Positions 35,759 to 47,830 of a DNA stretch of 64,000 nt are shown piece after piece. The first letter of the stretch is position 1. Every line of letters starts with the position of its first letter. This DNA comes from Octopus sinensis (Eukaryota). The notes below the pieces were generated by a model. The model was not told the origin of the DNA, did not search any database, and saw only the letters and a list, made by a program, of their open reading frames with translations. Where the stretch lies: NCBI RefSeq assembly GCF_006345805.1, contig NC_042998.1:62124001-62188000 (forward strand), read 5' to 3'. Both the position numbers and the translations under genes were made by a program.

Positions 35759-35800
35759 CTGAAACAACTGCTACAGAATATGCCATACTAGTGTTTTCTC
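35759..35800 (-). other. Candidate 42-nt phase 1-1 coding exon (G-ENTSMAYSVAVVS)
   Basis: ctcctttaacagatag acceptor and CAG|gtgaat donor; in frame with the candidate exon at 36867-36941. Confidence 0.3.
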
Positions 35801-36102
35801 CTATCTGTTAAAGGAGGCACAAGCAGTTTCACACATACATACAACGGAACTTCCATCTACCAAATTCACTCACAAGCTTTTGATTGTCTTGAAACTATAG
35901 TGGAAGACACTTGCCCAAGGTGGCACACAGTGGGACTGAACACAAATCATGTGGCTGAGAAGCAAGCTTCCTATCAACATGACCAACCTATTGTTTCAAA
36001 GTCTTTATAAATGATTGCACAGTCTCTGCTCTGGTATTGGAAGCTCGGAAAGCTTTATGAGTAAAAATATAACTGGGACATTCAAGATTTCATATCACAG
36101 AA

Positions 36103-36301
36103 CAGCGGTTCCCAACGTTTTTGCGCTTGCGGCCCCTTACCTGAAAGCTTGGAACCCATGTGACCCCTACTATCAGCATCTTGATTTACATTTTAATTAA
36201 TTAATATTATCCCAAGCCACTTCTAGCAAGGCTATGCAACCCCACTGTCAAGGCTCTGCGATCCCACCAAGGAGTCAGGAACCACCAGTTGGGAATCTCT
36301 G
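36103..36301. mobile_element. hAT (Charlie-type) MITE
   Basis: TIRs cagcggttcccaac and gttgggaatctctg; 8-bp TSD tcacagaa / tcatagaa (1 mismatch). Confidence 0.8.
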
Positions 36302-36398
36302 TCATAGAAGAAATAGTAGTTTTGAAGTGATGACTACAACATTCATTACTAAAATTCCTGTATTTTTGCTCTTTCATTATTATTTTGCAAGAATGAAT

Positions 36399-36775
36399 GA
36401 GTGACTGTGTAGTAAGTAGCTTGCTTACCAACAGCATGGTTCCATGTTCATTCCCACTGCATGGCACCTTGGGCAAGTGTCTTTTACTCTAGCCTCGGGC
36501 CGATTTTGGTAGACGGAAACTGAAAGAAGCCCATCTTTTATATGTGTATATATATATATGTATGTGTGTATATGTTTGTGTATCTGTGTTTGTCTCCTCA
36601 ACATCGCTTGACAACCGATGCTGGTGTGTTTACGTCCCTGTAACTTAGCGGTTCGGCAGAAGAGACTGATAGAATAAGTGTTAGGCTTACAAAGAATAAG
36701 TCCTGGGGCCGATTTACTCGACTAAAGGCGGTGCTTCAGCATGGCCACAGTCAATGACTGAAACAAGTAAAAGAG
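36399..36775 (+). mobile_element. tRNA-derived SINE, family 1
   Basis: Head to gactgaaacaagtaaaagag tail. Confidence 0.88.
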
Positions 36776-36866
36776 ATGAAAGCAACATTATCAATTTTAT
36801 CTAACTTATGTGCTAACATTATTCTGGACCAGAACTTCATGAAATAACACAATGTCATTACTTTAC

Positions 36867-36941
36867 CATTTGCAGATGAACTTCTACCATTGTCCGCCTG
36901 TGATCTAACTACCTCAATCTTGTTTCCCCCATTTTGCAAAC
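36867..36941 (-). other. Candidate 75-nt phase 1-1 coding exon (G-LQNGGNKIEVVRSQADNGRSSSAN)
   Basis: caatcatcaacag acceptor and ATG|gtaaag donor; open frame in unique sequence between two SINEs. Confidence 0.35.
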
Positions 36942-36960
36942 CTGTTGATGATTGTATGCA

Positions 36961-37323
36961 TAGGCACAGATGTAACTGTGTGGTAAGAAGCTTGCTTCCC
37001 AACTTCATGGTTCTGGGTTCAGTCTCACTGTGTGGCACCTTGGGCAAGTGTCTTCTATAGCCACAGACCAACCAAAGCCTTGTGAATGGATTCGGTTGAC
37101 AAAAACTAGAAGACTGTTGTGTGGGTGTGTGTGTGTGTCAGTCTGTCCCCCTCCACTGTTTGATAACCTGTGTTGGTGTGTTTATGTCCCCATGACTTTG
37201 TGGCTCAGGAAAAGAGACTGATAGTATAAGTACCAGCTTCAAAAAGTAAGCACTGGAGTTGATTCAATTGACTAAAAATTCTTGAGGTCCGTGCACCAGC
37301 ATGGCCATAGTCTAAGTAAAAGA
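36961..37323 (+). mobile_element. tRNA-derived SINE, family 1 (diverged)
   Basis: Head, body and tail recognisable. Confidence 0.82.
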
Positions 37324-37739
37324 TAGATGTGTGTGTTTCTGTGTTTAGATTTAATGTAATAAAAGTTATTAACTTTAATATAACCTCTAATATGCATAAC
37401 ACATTCTGGAATCTTGTACACAACTAAAAAAATTTTCATATGTAATTTTTCTTTTGTTTCTTTGTGATTAAGATTACTTTGTGTAAATCACAATGCTTTA
37501 TTTTGATGAAAACAAAGCCATTTTTGTAGGAACGGTCGTCATCACCATCATTTTAGCATTCACTTTTTAAATGCTTACATGGGTCAGACAGAATTCATCA
37601 AGGGGCTGGATGCCCTTCTTGTTGCCAACACTTAACTATTTCCAGGAAAGCTACTTTCTCCTGTGCTTGAACGTGTTTCCATGAAAGATTGGAAATGAAA
37701 GATGCCACTTGTATGACAGTGACATTTGTTTACAGCTAT

Positions 37740-38120
37740 CATATAATGTCAAACACACACACACATGAATATGATGGGCTTGTTTAAGTTTTTTTCCACC
37801 ACGTCTTGTAAATACTTGGTAACCCTGTCAGTGCAGGTGCCACTTAAAAGCACCCAGTCCACATTGTAAAGTTGTTGGTGTTTGGAAGGGCACCCAACTG
37901 TAAAAACTTTGCCAAAACCGACCTCGCCTATGCTTGTGCCACATAAAAAAGCACTAGGTCCACTCTGCTGAGTGGTTGGTGTTAGGAAGGGTATCCAGCT
38001 GTAAAAGTCCTGCCAAAACAATTACAGAAGTCTGGTGCAGGCTTCTGCTTGGTTGACTCTTGTCAAACTGTCCCACCCATGCCAGCATGAAAGGTGGACA
38101 TTAAACAATGATGATGTCCA
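37740..38120 (+). mobile_element. RTE-tail-related repeat, same subfamily as about 54330-54670
   Basis: Shared gtcagtgcaggtgccacttaaaagcacccagtcc...(GAT)n sequence. Confidence 0.78.
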
Positions 38121-39573
38121 TCTTCTCTCAAGGCTATAGCAGAAGACACTTGCCAAAGTGTCATGCGGTGGGACTGAACCCATAGCCATTTTAGGAAGCT
38201 AACTTCTTAACCTCTTACAACAATGCCTGCAATAGTATTCTTAATATTTTCTGAAACAACTACTAATTCATAGGTTAATGAATAACTCAGTTTTTGTGGC
38301 ATTAAGATAAGTCTTTCTTGAGAGAGAAAGCATTCCACTTTGTTGCTAGTGAACATTCTCTGAATGTTATTTATTTAAATGTTGAAAATACAGATGCTCT
38401 TTCAACGACAAGCATTCGTTAATTATTAGTCAATTTAAAAATGGCATTAGAAATTGGTTTGTTTCTAAATTAAATTGCTTGTTATGTTTGCTAACTGATT
38501 GTTAAAACAATCAGTTTTACTCTTGACATATGCAACAGAGCTGGTGCTGGTATTACTGATTGCTGTAAGTGAGGCTGACGCTTAGAATTCTGTCTCAATC
38601 TCTGTTGAGTTGGTTTTAATTGCTTCACAACAGCCTTATGAAGATTGTTAAAATAAGCAATGGTGTAACCGAAAGATTATAATTTTTTTTCTTTTTACTT
38701 GTGAGAGTATTTGATGCAGTATGTCAGGATTTGTCAATGTAAAATCTAGTAAGCACTTTATTATAAGCAATAGGGGCAATAATGGTTGTGTGGATGCAGA
38801 ATTTGTTTTATTATGGGCTTTTTTTCATGTCACTAGTATTATTGAGGTTGCCATGCAGCTTGCAAATCTGCAAAACCCAAAGAATGGGAATGGGGTTCAT
38901 CCTTATGTTAGACAGGAGTTAAGGTATGAGGAAAGAAATTGGGGTAGAGCAGGTTCGTGTTGTAGAGGAGCTACATGGGTACTCACATGTAGAAGAATGA
39001 GAATGAAGTATTGGCATTTCCAAAGAGACAATGGTAATGAGGTGTCCAGGTGGCACTTCAGGGTCCAAGGTGAGTGTTAGTAGGTGAGGATGAGGAAGAG
39101 ATAGGAAAAAATGGGAGAGTTAAGGCAGGCAACATCTATAGGCACATGAGTTAGGGAGGCTAGAGGGATGCTAGCAGCAGGATAGTAATGATGATACAAT
39201 TGGATGGGAGAGATGATATATTTGGGTAGGTTGCAGGAGTGGGTACAGAGTAAGAGAGAGAGAGAGAAATAGGCGTAGTGTATGAGGAGATAATTTGGTG
39301 GTCTTAGGAGGGGGATGGGCTGGCCAGTATAATATGTGGGTATAGAGAGCAATATTAATGGATGAAGAATGTCCAATAAATAAAATGGTTGGTGAAAAGA
39401 AGGGTGTCTAACTGTACAATGCCAAAATTGAAACATACAAGTGAGTTGTGGTCTTTCAACCTGTCTTGGAGGGCAGTAACTTAAAAAAAAAAAGGACTTG
39501 GACTACAGTAACCTGCTCAACCCATGCCTCTATGGAAAGCAGACATATAATGATGATATAGGATATATCCTCA

Positions 39574-39879
39574 TGGCTTAATGGTCAAGGTATTTGGCTC
39601 ACAATTGTAAGGTTGTGAGTTCAGTTCCTGGCGGCATGTTGTTGTTTCCTTGATCAAGGCACTTTATTTCTTGTTGTTTCAGCTGGCAAAAGTGAATTGT
39701 ACCTGTAATTCAAAGGCGGCCAGCCATATCACTTTCCGTATCACTCTGAATCTCCCTGAGGACTACATTAAGAGTACATGTGTCTGTGGAGTGCTTGGCC
39801 ACATGAACATGAATTTCATGAGCAGGCTTTTCCATTGACTAACCCACTGGAATGCTCGTTATCTCAACTGATGGAGTGC
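39574..39879 (+). mobile_element. tRNA-derived SINE, family 3 (diverged)
   Basis: ctgaatctccctgaggactacattaagagtacatgtgtctgtggagtgc matches the reverse complement of 32739-33118. Confidence 0.75.
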
Positions 39880-41099
39880 TAGGTCATCTTCATTTACCAT
39901 AGGTATTTGGTTTTAAAAAAAACCCTGAAAAATCACTTAAATAAATCAGTGATAAATGAATAATAGATTATATGGGAGAAATAGGTTTCGTTCTGAGACC
40001 CCAAGTTGTCCTAAGCATCATAGATGGTTACTAGGGGTGCACTTTTGCAGTACAAGCAGAATCTTTGAGTGATCACTGACCCATGTTATCACACATCAGT
40101 TCGTGATAAGCATAACATGGTTTACAGTTAGCATACTGTGTTTTTTTTTAATCACTGGTAAGCAAGACTAGATACACTTTAAAGTGATTGTTTAGTTATT
40201 CAACAACTATACAGCAACATAACTGCTTCATAATTTCTTATAAGCTTTCATTATTTGTCTTCAAGTGGCATATATTAGTTAATGTAAGTCTACCAAAGCT
40301 TGGTTTGAGAAGAAGTGTGAGGTTCTGTGCTAATTAGAAATTTTGTTATTACTTCAAAAGTACATTAAGTGGAGCATATGAAGATAAATTCAAATATTTT
40401 GTTTCCTTACAAAGGAAAATCCACTCTGTATTATTACTGTGTCTGGTTTCATTATTGCCGTTTGTGTCATTGTACTTCGTACTCTATAGCTTATAATGTA
40501 CTTCTTTGAGTTGACTTATCAGCAGTTAAAGTAATTAACATATGTTACTGCTAGGAATGTGTATTAGAAAATCCAAAAATACATGGTTGTGTTAATTATG
40601 ATGATGATAATATCTACTAAAGGCACAAGGCCTGAAATTTGGGGGAGAGGGTTAGTTGATTACATCAACCCTAGTGTTTCACTGGTACTTAATTTATTAA
40701 CTCTGAAAGGATGAAAAGCAAAGTTGACCCTGGCAGAGTTTGAACTCAGAATATAGTGATGGGCAAAATACTACTAAGCATTCATCCAGCATGCTAATGA
40801 TTCTGCCAGCTCACCACCTTAATAATAATAGTAATAATATACACTCTCGGAGTGGTTGGCATTAGGAAGGGCATCCAGCTGTAGAAACCCTGCCAGATCA
40901 GATTGGAGCCTGGTGCAGCCATCTGGTTCACCAGTCCTCAGTCAAATCATCCAACCCATGCTAGCATGGAAAGCAGACATTAAACAAACGAATAATGTAA
41001 TGTGTCAAATGCAATATCAGAAAGCATTTTGTTTGACTTCCAAATTACTGTCCCCTTCAGAAAAATGTCTCTTCTTGATATGTAGTTAGAAATTCCATA

Positions 41100-41710
41100 C
41101 AGTGTACCTCGTGCAAGCTATGAACATGTAAGAAGCACAGTGGAATCACCGAAAGGTTAATAGAGAAAGTCTTAGTGTGTGGAAGATGTGCAGGAACAAT
41201 ATATACTAAGAACATAGGAAATAGATTTTCTCAAATGTCCTGGGGGTGGGGATCTGTAGAGGTAGTAGATAGTTTATGTTACCTAGGTGACCAAATTAGC
41301 AGTTTAGGAGGATGCTCTGAAAGCATAGTCATGAGAATAATAACTGGCTGGGCAAAATTCAGAGAGCTATTACTTTTGTTGGAAACAAAGGACCTCTTCC
41401 TCAGAGTGAAAGGCAGATTGTATGATGCCTGTGTAAGAACAGCAATGGTATGTGATAGTGAAACATGGGCTGTGACTGCAGAGGCTATGCAATGGCTTGA
41501 AAGAAATGAAGTCAATGTGTATGTAAGACAAATTGTAAGAGGCATCAGATGTGGTGTGCAGGCGGAAAGACTGTGCTGGTATGGTCATGTGGCATGTATG
41601 GGTGATAGCTGCATAAACAAGTGCCAATCTCTAAATGTGGAGAGAACCTGTGGAAAGAAGACACAGGACAAAGTGATGAAAAATGATGGCAAAAGCCCAA
41701 GACAGCTGAT
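41100..41710 (+). pseudogene. RTE-LINE ORF2 C-terminal fragment
   Basis: VEVVDSLCYLGDQIS, GWAKFRELL, KGRLYDACVRTAM and RLCWYGHVA motifs; frameshifted. Confidence 0.88.
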
Positions 41711-42424
41711 GATTTGCTGTGCTTGAGGAGACCTGTCCATCTAAATAGCAACGAGGTCAATAGGGTGTGTCCTTTGTACCCATGCTCCCACACACAATCT
41801 GTCTTTGACGAACCTGTCCCCTATATCCTACCTTTCCAATACCTCCTCACACTCGCCATATTCCCCCTCCCCTCTATCTCCCAAATTCCCTTGCAAACTC
41901 ATCTGCACTCTGGGTCCTTGTCAAATCTCTTCCCCACAATATATCCTCCTGACATTCCTTCCTACCACCTGAATTATTGCATTCACCATTTAGAGGGGAG
42001 GGAATCAAGTGCCTACTAGTTACACATACATGAAGGCTTCAGTACACTTTCCGTCTACCAAAGTCCACTTGCATGATATTGGTCAAATTGAGACAATAGT
42101 CAAAGATACTTGCTCAAGGTAGCTTTGCAGTGAGATAGAACCCAGAGCCACAGAATTGCAAAGCAAGCTTCTTTGACCACATAGCCATGCCAGGAGTTAA
42201 ACAACAATAATAATAACTTAAGATATTTCAAAGCTGTAAAGCAGTTACAATAAACTACATCTGCTTGTAGAAATATTTGGAGCCCCTGCGAACTGTTAGA
42301 AATAACAGTTAAATCTCCCACAAAAAGCACCTTCACCATGTTTAACAAAAAAAAAAAAATAATAAATTAAAATAAAAATAAAAAGCGGGAAGGATATATT
42401 GGATCACGCAGTCCTAGATGCACT

Positions 42425-42787
42425 CTCTTTTACACGCTGCAGTCATTTGACTGCGGCCATGCTGGATCACCGCCTTTAGTCGAACAAATCGACCTCAGGG
42501 GTTATTCTTTGTAAGCCTAGTACTTTTCTATCGGTCTTTTTTGCCGAACCGCTAAGTTTCAGGGACGTAAACACACCAACATCAGTTCTCAAGCGGTAGT
42601 GGGGAAACACACACACACATATACTCGGCGGGCTTCTTTCAGTTTCCGTCTACCAAATCCACTCACAAAGCTTTGGTCGGCTCGTGGTTATAGTAGAAGG
42701 CACTTACCCAAGGTGCCACGCAGTGGGACTGAACCTGGAACCATGTGGTTGGGAAGCAAGGTTCTTACCACACAGCCACGCCTGTAC
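42425..42787 (-). mobile_element. tRNA-derived SINE, family 1 (CpG-rich copy)
   Basis: Near-consensus copy retaining its CpGs. Confidence 0.9.
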
Positions 42788-43710
42788 TGTATGGTGGGGG
42801 AGGCGGGGTAGATTATGTCTAAAGTAAGTTTAATGAATGAGTCGACTCAATCCGGTCTGGCCTTGAGTTAAACACCAACAGCAATAATTTAATCAGCTGT
42901 GGCGATATTGTTAAGAACCGCTCATATAACGTGTAAATTTAGAGTTACGTCCCTTTGAGAAATCTCTGTTATGTCTCATACAAAAACATTCTTTTGTCAA
43001 CCTTCTGTATTTTTCGTTTTCATATTTTATTATTACTTCGAATGATGACACATTTAACTATCCAACCGTTTTAATATATTCATTTTCTGCTTGTCACTAT
43101 TTTGTTTTCCTATATAGCAATCCCCCTTTCTCTGTCTCTTACACACACATACAACATACATCTTTACAAACTAATCTACCACGGTTAGCTTCAACGCGGC
43201 CATTTGTACACCGTATTGTCTTTTAATAGAAAAAAGAAAAGAAAAAAAAAAGACACGTTGGGTGTTACACATTCATATCTATGTGTATACGTGTGTATAC
43301 ACATAGATATAGCACTATTTGTTTAGAAAGAACCACAAGAAATAGAGAGTTCTAAATATTTATAGTGATTTTACTATAAAAAACATCAAAGGTATCTAAT
43401 GTATTCTACACACGTAAACACATAGACATGAATGTGTAACATTGGGTAACATAGGTCTTAAATAACAGCGTGTTTAAGGAAAGACGCGATGGCTAAGGCT
43501 GGAATGCCTTTCATTCATTAAGTCGTGATGAAATCAACATCACCTTTCCTCTTTCTAGAGTCGATAAAATAAAAGTACCTGTCAGATATTGCTGTCGGTT
43601 TCATGTTCTTATAAAGTAACCTGGATGTAAATATACTTAGAGAAACCTGAGATTTAGATGATCAAGGTTTACCTGGGGCTTAAGCAGTCATCACACGATA
43701 GGATACATAG

Positions 43711-44072
43711 GCGCAGGAGTGGGTGTGTGGTAAGTAGCTTGCTTACCAACCACATGGTTCTGGGTTCAGTTCCACTGCGTGACACCTTGTTGCAAATGTC
43801 CTCTACTATAGCCTCGAGCCGACCAACGCCTTGTTAGCAGATTTGGTAGACGGAAACTGAAAGAAGGCCGTCATATATATATATATATATATAGTTGGAA
43901 TTTTAAAAAAAACAGCAAAAGACGAAGACGGGTGTGTAAACAACAAACAGGTGTATTAGTTTAACGCTCGGGAAGGTGAGAAAGTCTTATGTTTCGAGCC
44001 TATGCTCTTCAACAGAAAGGAACATGAGAAAATAAACAAAATTAAAAAAGCTTTAGTGGCTAGCGGTTGATC

Positions 44073-44127
<55 letters not shown>

Positions 44128-44352
44128 TATATATATATTTATATTTATTTATATGTGTTTGTGTTTGTCCCCCCAACATAGCTTGACAACTGATGCTGGT
44201 GTGTTTACATCACCGTAACTTAGTGGTTTGGCGAAAGACACCAATAGAATAAGTACTAGGCTTGCAAAGAATAAGTCCTGGGGTCGATTTGTTTAACTAA
44301 AGGCAGTGCTCCAGCATGGCAGCGCTGAAATGACTGAAACAAGTAAAAGAAT
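43711..44352 (+). mobile_element. SINE family 1 split by a Penelope-like fragment (about 43895-44075) and (TA)n
   Basis: Head 43711-43873; tail resumes at about 44155. Confidence 0.78.
43985..44018 (-). ncRNA. Hammerhead-like motif with a variant core
   Basis: Minus strand TTT-CTGTTGA-A-GAGC-atag-GCTC-GAAA-CAT-A-AGA; core position 6 is U instead of A and helix I is weak. Confidence 0.3.
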
Positions 44353-44448
44353 ATAAGGTAGGTGAGTTGGCAGAATCGTTAGCACACGGGGCAAACTGCT
44401 TATTAGTATTTCATCTGTCTTTACGTCCCGAGTTCAAACTGTCCAGAT

Positions 44449-44594
44449 ATCAATGCATTACGGCAGTTTCAAGCGGCTCCATTTAATCGATCAATGAAAA
44501 CATTACATCAATTTGAAATAAACTGCTTTCCTTGGACGCATATGACCATTGATCGCTTAAATGGAGCTGCTTGAAACAGCTGTAATGCAATGAT
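44449..44594. repeat. 146-bp hairpin (48-bp imperfect arms, 50-nt spacer), probable MITE
   Basis: atcaatgcattacggcagtttcaagcggctccatttaatcgatcaatg pairs with cattgatcgcttaaatggagctgcttgaaacagctgtaatgcaatgat. Confidence 0.75.
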
Positions 44595-44623
44595 GCCTAG
44601 ATATCCTTGTTACTTATTTGCTT

Positions 44624-44685
<62 letters not shown>

Positions 44686-45594
44686 GTATTGGTGAACACT
44701 AACATCATTAGTTTTAAGTTAGCAACTCTTTCACTGCATTTCTGATCATTATAGTAACAAAAGTGTAAATGTAATTCAATGTGGGAAAATATTGCAAAGA
44801 ATATTGTTTGTAAAGCACTGCTTCTATTTTTCTTGTCAGGGTTCACATATTTTGTTCATTGATATATATATCGGTATATAATATATACAAAATAATGCTA
44901 AGCATTTCGCCTAGTGTGCTAACGTTTCTTATTTCTTTACTGCCCGCAAGGGGCTACACACAGAGGGGACAGACAAACGGATTAAGTCGATTATATCGAC
45001 CCCAGTGCGTAACTGGTACTTATTTAATCTTTCCCGAAAGGATGAAAGGCAAAGTTGACCTCGGCGGAATTTGAACTCAGAATGTAGCAGAAGACGAAAT
45101 ACCACTAAGCATTTCGCCCGGTGTGCTAATATATATATATATGATTTTCCTTTGACATAGCAATACTAATAACCAGTTATTAGAACTGAATATACATATT
45201 CTATGGAATAGATTAGAGTAGGTGAATACTGAGCATGATATAAATTAATTGAATTGCAATGTAAATGCATTCTGAAAAAAACATACACTTCGTTTTAATG
45301 GCTCTGAAAAAGCTACAAGATGTCGCACGAGCACTTAGCTCTGAGTGCATTGCTTCTCATTGCCGAAACAGCGGAAGGCGATTGCGTAATTCTTGTTCCC
45401 TTGTCATTCAGTAATACACACAGACACACATAAGTCTGGTTTCCACTCACTCAAAAGAGTGGAACAACACGAGTTTGTGGGAGTAAACACTTGCCCTAGG
45501 TGTCGCACATTGGCATCGAACTTGGAACCATCTGGTTGCAAAACGGATTTCTTAACCGCTGAATTGAGTCGTACCTTTTTAAAGAATTTCAAAC

Positions 45595-46030
45595 TCAACA
45601 TTATCAGCTTCGACCTAGTAAGAAAATCCTGAGAAGCGACGTCCACTGTTTAACCCTAGTTTTAAAGAAAAGTTAAAAACAAAAATATATTACATTCATT
45701 ATATTTATTCGTTTCGGTGAATTTGTAACGAACGTTGTAATTTAAAAATAATAAGATACTTTCCTAGTTAAATACTTTGATTTGACGTTATTTATTGTTT
45801 TTATTTATCAAACATTAAATTAAGTTTAGCAATAAGTAAGCTAACACCTGAATTCTTTTCTCTTTTCTTTTTGTCGAATTTTCATTTTCATACGATATTT
45901 TAGTGAAATTGTAACTATAAAATATTCCAATTTCGTTTTCACCACATTCCACAATTTATATATAACAATGGCTGCTGGATAATGACGTTTGTTGATATCG
46001 GCTTGTTGATGCAAATACATGACTGGTACG
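45595..46030 (+). promoter_or_regulatory. CpG-retaining promoter / 5' exon-like block B, paralogous to 25990-26440
   Basis: Shares about 95 bp (aatggct..gga..tgacgtttgttgata...gcttgttgatg...) plus two shorter motifs with block A; CTG|gtacgt donor-like site at 46026. Confidence 0.5.
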
Positions 46031-46958
46031 TTCTGGTATTTTGTTTCTTGTTTGTGATGGCTTTAACTACCACTGTAACCTAGTATTATAATTATAATTT
46101 ACCATTCCTTCAAATATTTCTTTTTTAATTCTTAATTTCGTCTTTGCACGTCATAATTCTTTTCCTTGTAAGTATTATTATTATTAGCAGTAGTAGTATA
46201 TCTCATATTTGTGTATATCATCGTTGGACAATAACGACAACAAACAATAAATAGTTATATCCAACTTTTCCTCCAGGTTTTTAGATTCTTTAAACTGCCG
46301 GCCATTCTTCGACTATCTCGTCTCTTAACACCACTATTTATATATCTTATATTTATGCTTCATAAACAACTTCCAGTTCACGCATATTTGTAGATAAATT
46401 ATCTCTCAGGGATTTCCCCCTTGATAATAATGTCTCCTGAATTTCAACCGATTTGTCCTGTTTTTCGTGGAATTCTGTTGTTTAACCTTTTTATATATAT
46501 ATCTTGTAGTACATTGTTCAATATCTTTAGAAATACCCAAAGGAGATGTAGCTGCTCTTTTTAGCAACTCGCACAACCACGATACGACTCCTCACTGTCT
46601 ACAGCTTATCCAAGTTGGAATTGAAAAGCGAATGCTGTGACTTTATTTTGTCATGTAATTATATTTTAACAAGAACGACTTTGTTATCGTTTATCGATTT
46701 ATTTATTCATTCAGAAACAAGAGCGTCACTGCAATTATTTTTCGCACCTCCACCGAATATTAATTAGCTTGGCATTCCTTATTTGTGAGAAACATTAAGA
46801 AGTTGAGCGTTTGCCAAGAATTTCAGGTTTGAAGTATGACATTTATAAAGAAATACAGTTTGTTCCTAGAGAGTGGAACGAACGAAACTGCCTTCCAGAC
46901 CACACCCGTTAGCACGGATGAAACGTATTTCCCCCCACCCTCTCACATATACACACGC

Positions 46959-46996
<38 letters not shown>

Positions 46997-47830
46997 TACA
47001 TTCATGTCTGCAGGTCTTCTTTGATATTTTTATGTGCAGACGTTGCTGTGTGTTTCCCAACCATATAGTCTCGGGTTCAGTCCCACTGGGCAAGTGTCTT
47101 CTATAGCCGAGGATCAATCAAAGCATTGTTAGTGGATTTGGTAGACGGAAACTGAAAGAAACCTGTTGTGCCATGTAAAAGCAGCTAGTCCACTCTGTTA
47201 AGTGGTTGGCGTTAGGAAGAGCATCCTGCCGTAGAAACCATTGCAAAAAAAAGAGACAGCACCTGTCAAACCATCCGGTCCATGCCAGCAGGGAAGACAG
47301 ATGTTAAATGATGATATATGTGTTTGTGCCCTTATTTTGGTATCACATGAGGCTTGTAAACTAGAATCACTGTCAAACAAGCTGTTATTCATTTCCAGTT
47401 TGCAGTAAAAAAAGAAAAAGTCTGGTCATATGAAATATTATCTTGCTTGGAAACAGGTGAGTGTTGACAACCGGAGGTCATGTGACCACTGGAAATCTAC
47501 CGCAACAAATGCTGTCTGACCCATGCAAGCACAGAACGGTCAAGATGGGGAGGAGGATTGAGTAGACAGCTGGATTGATAAATCACCCAACATGTTACCT
47601 TATGGTGTTTAGTCAAATCCCATTGTGTTCTGGTTCAAATCTCTCTCAAAGTAGATTTTTGTCTCTCATCCTTCCTGGGTTAACAAAAGTACTATTCAAG
47701 TAGCAAGGATAGGAACAACTTTATTTTTCTCCCCTTTGAGTTCTGTAACACAATGTTATAATACTGAGCTGATACATTTCAATACACACTCCTCCGTTTC
47801 CTTCAAATGTGTGGCCTTGCACCAGAAAAT

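Larger units (their letters stand above)
42400..47150. promoter_or_regulatory. Broad CpG-retaining domain (probable unmethylated promoter zone)
   Basis: Unique DNA and SINE copies here keep CpGs that are TG/CA in copies elsewhere; YY1-like gcggccattt near 43196; contains block B. Confidence 0.4.

Noticed and set aside
38440-38660. Protein-like open stretches on the minus strand
   Set aside because: In-frame stops at the edges, no convincing acceptor/donor pair, and conflicting plus-strand splice-like signals.
38900-39436. Purine/pyrimidine-skewed ORFs (also 41714-42019)
   Set aside because: Biased composition with no recognisable domain; possibly old Penelope/LINE debris, but not supportable by eye.
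40078-40125. Small hairpin considered as a Helitron 3' end
   Set aside because: No CTRR terminus at the expected distance and no matching 5' TC end or second copy found.
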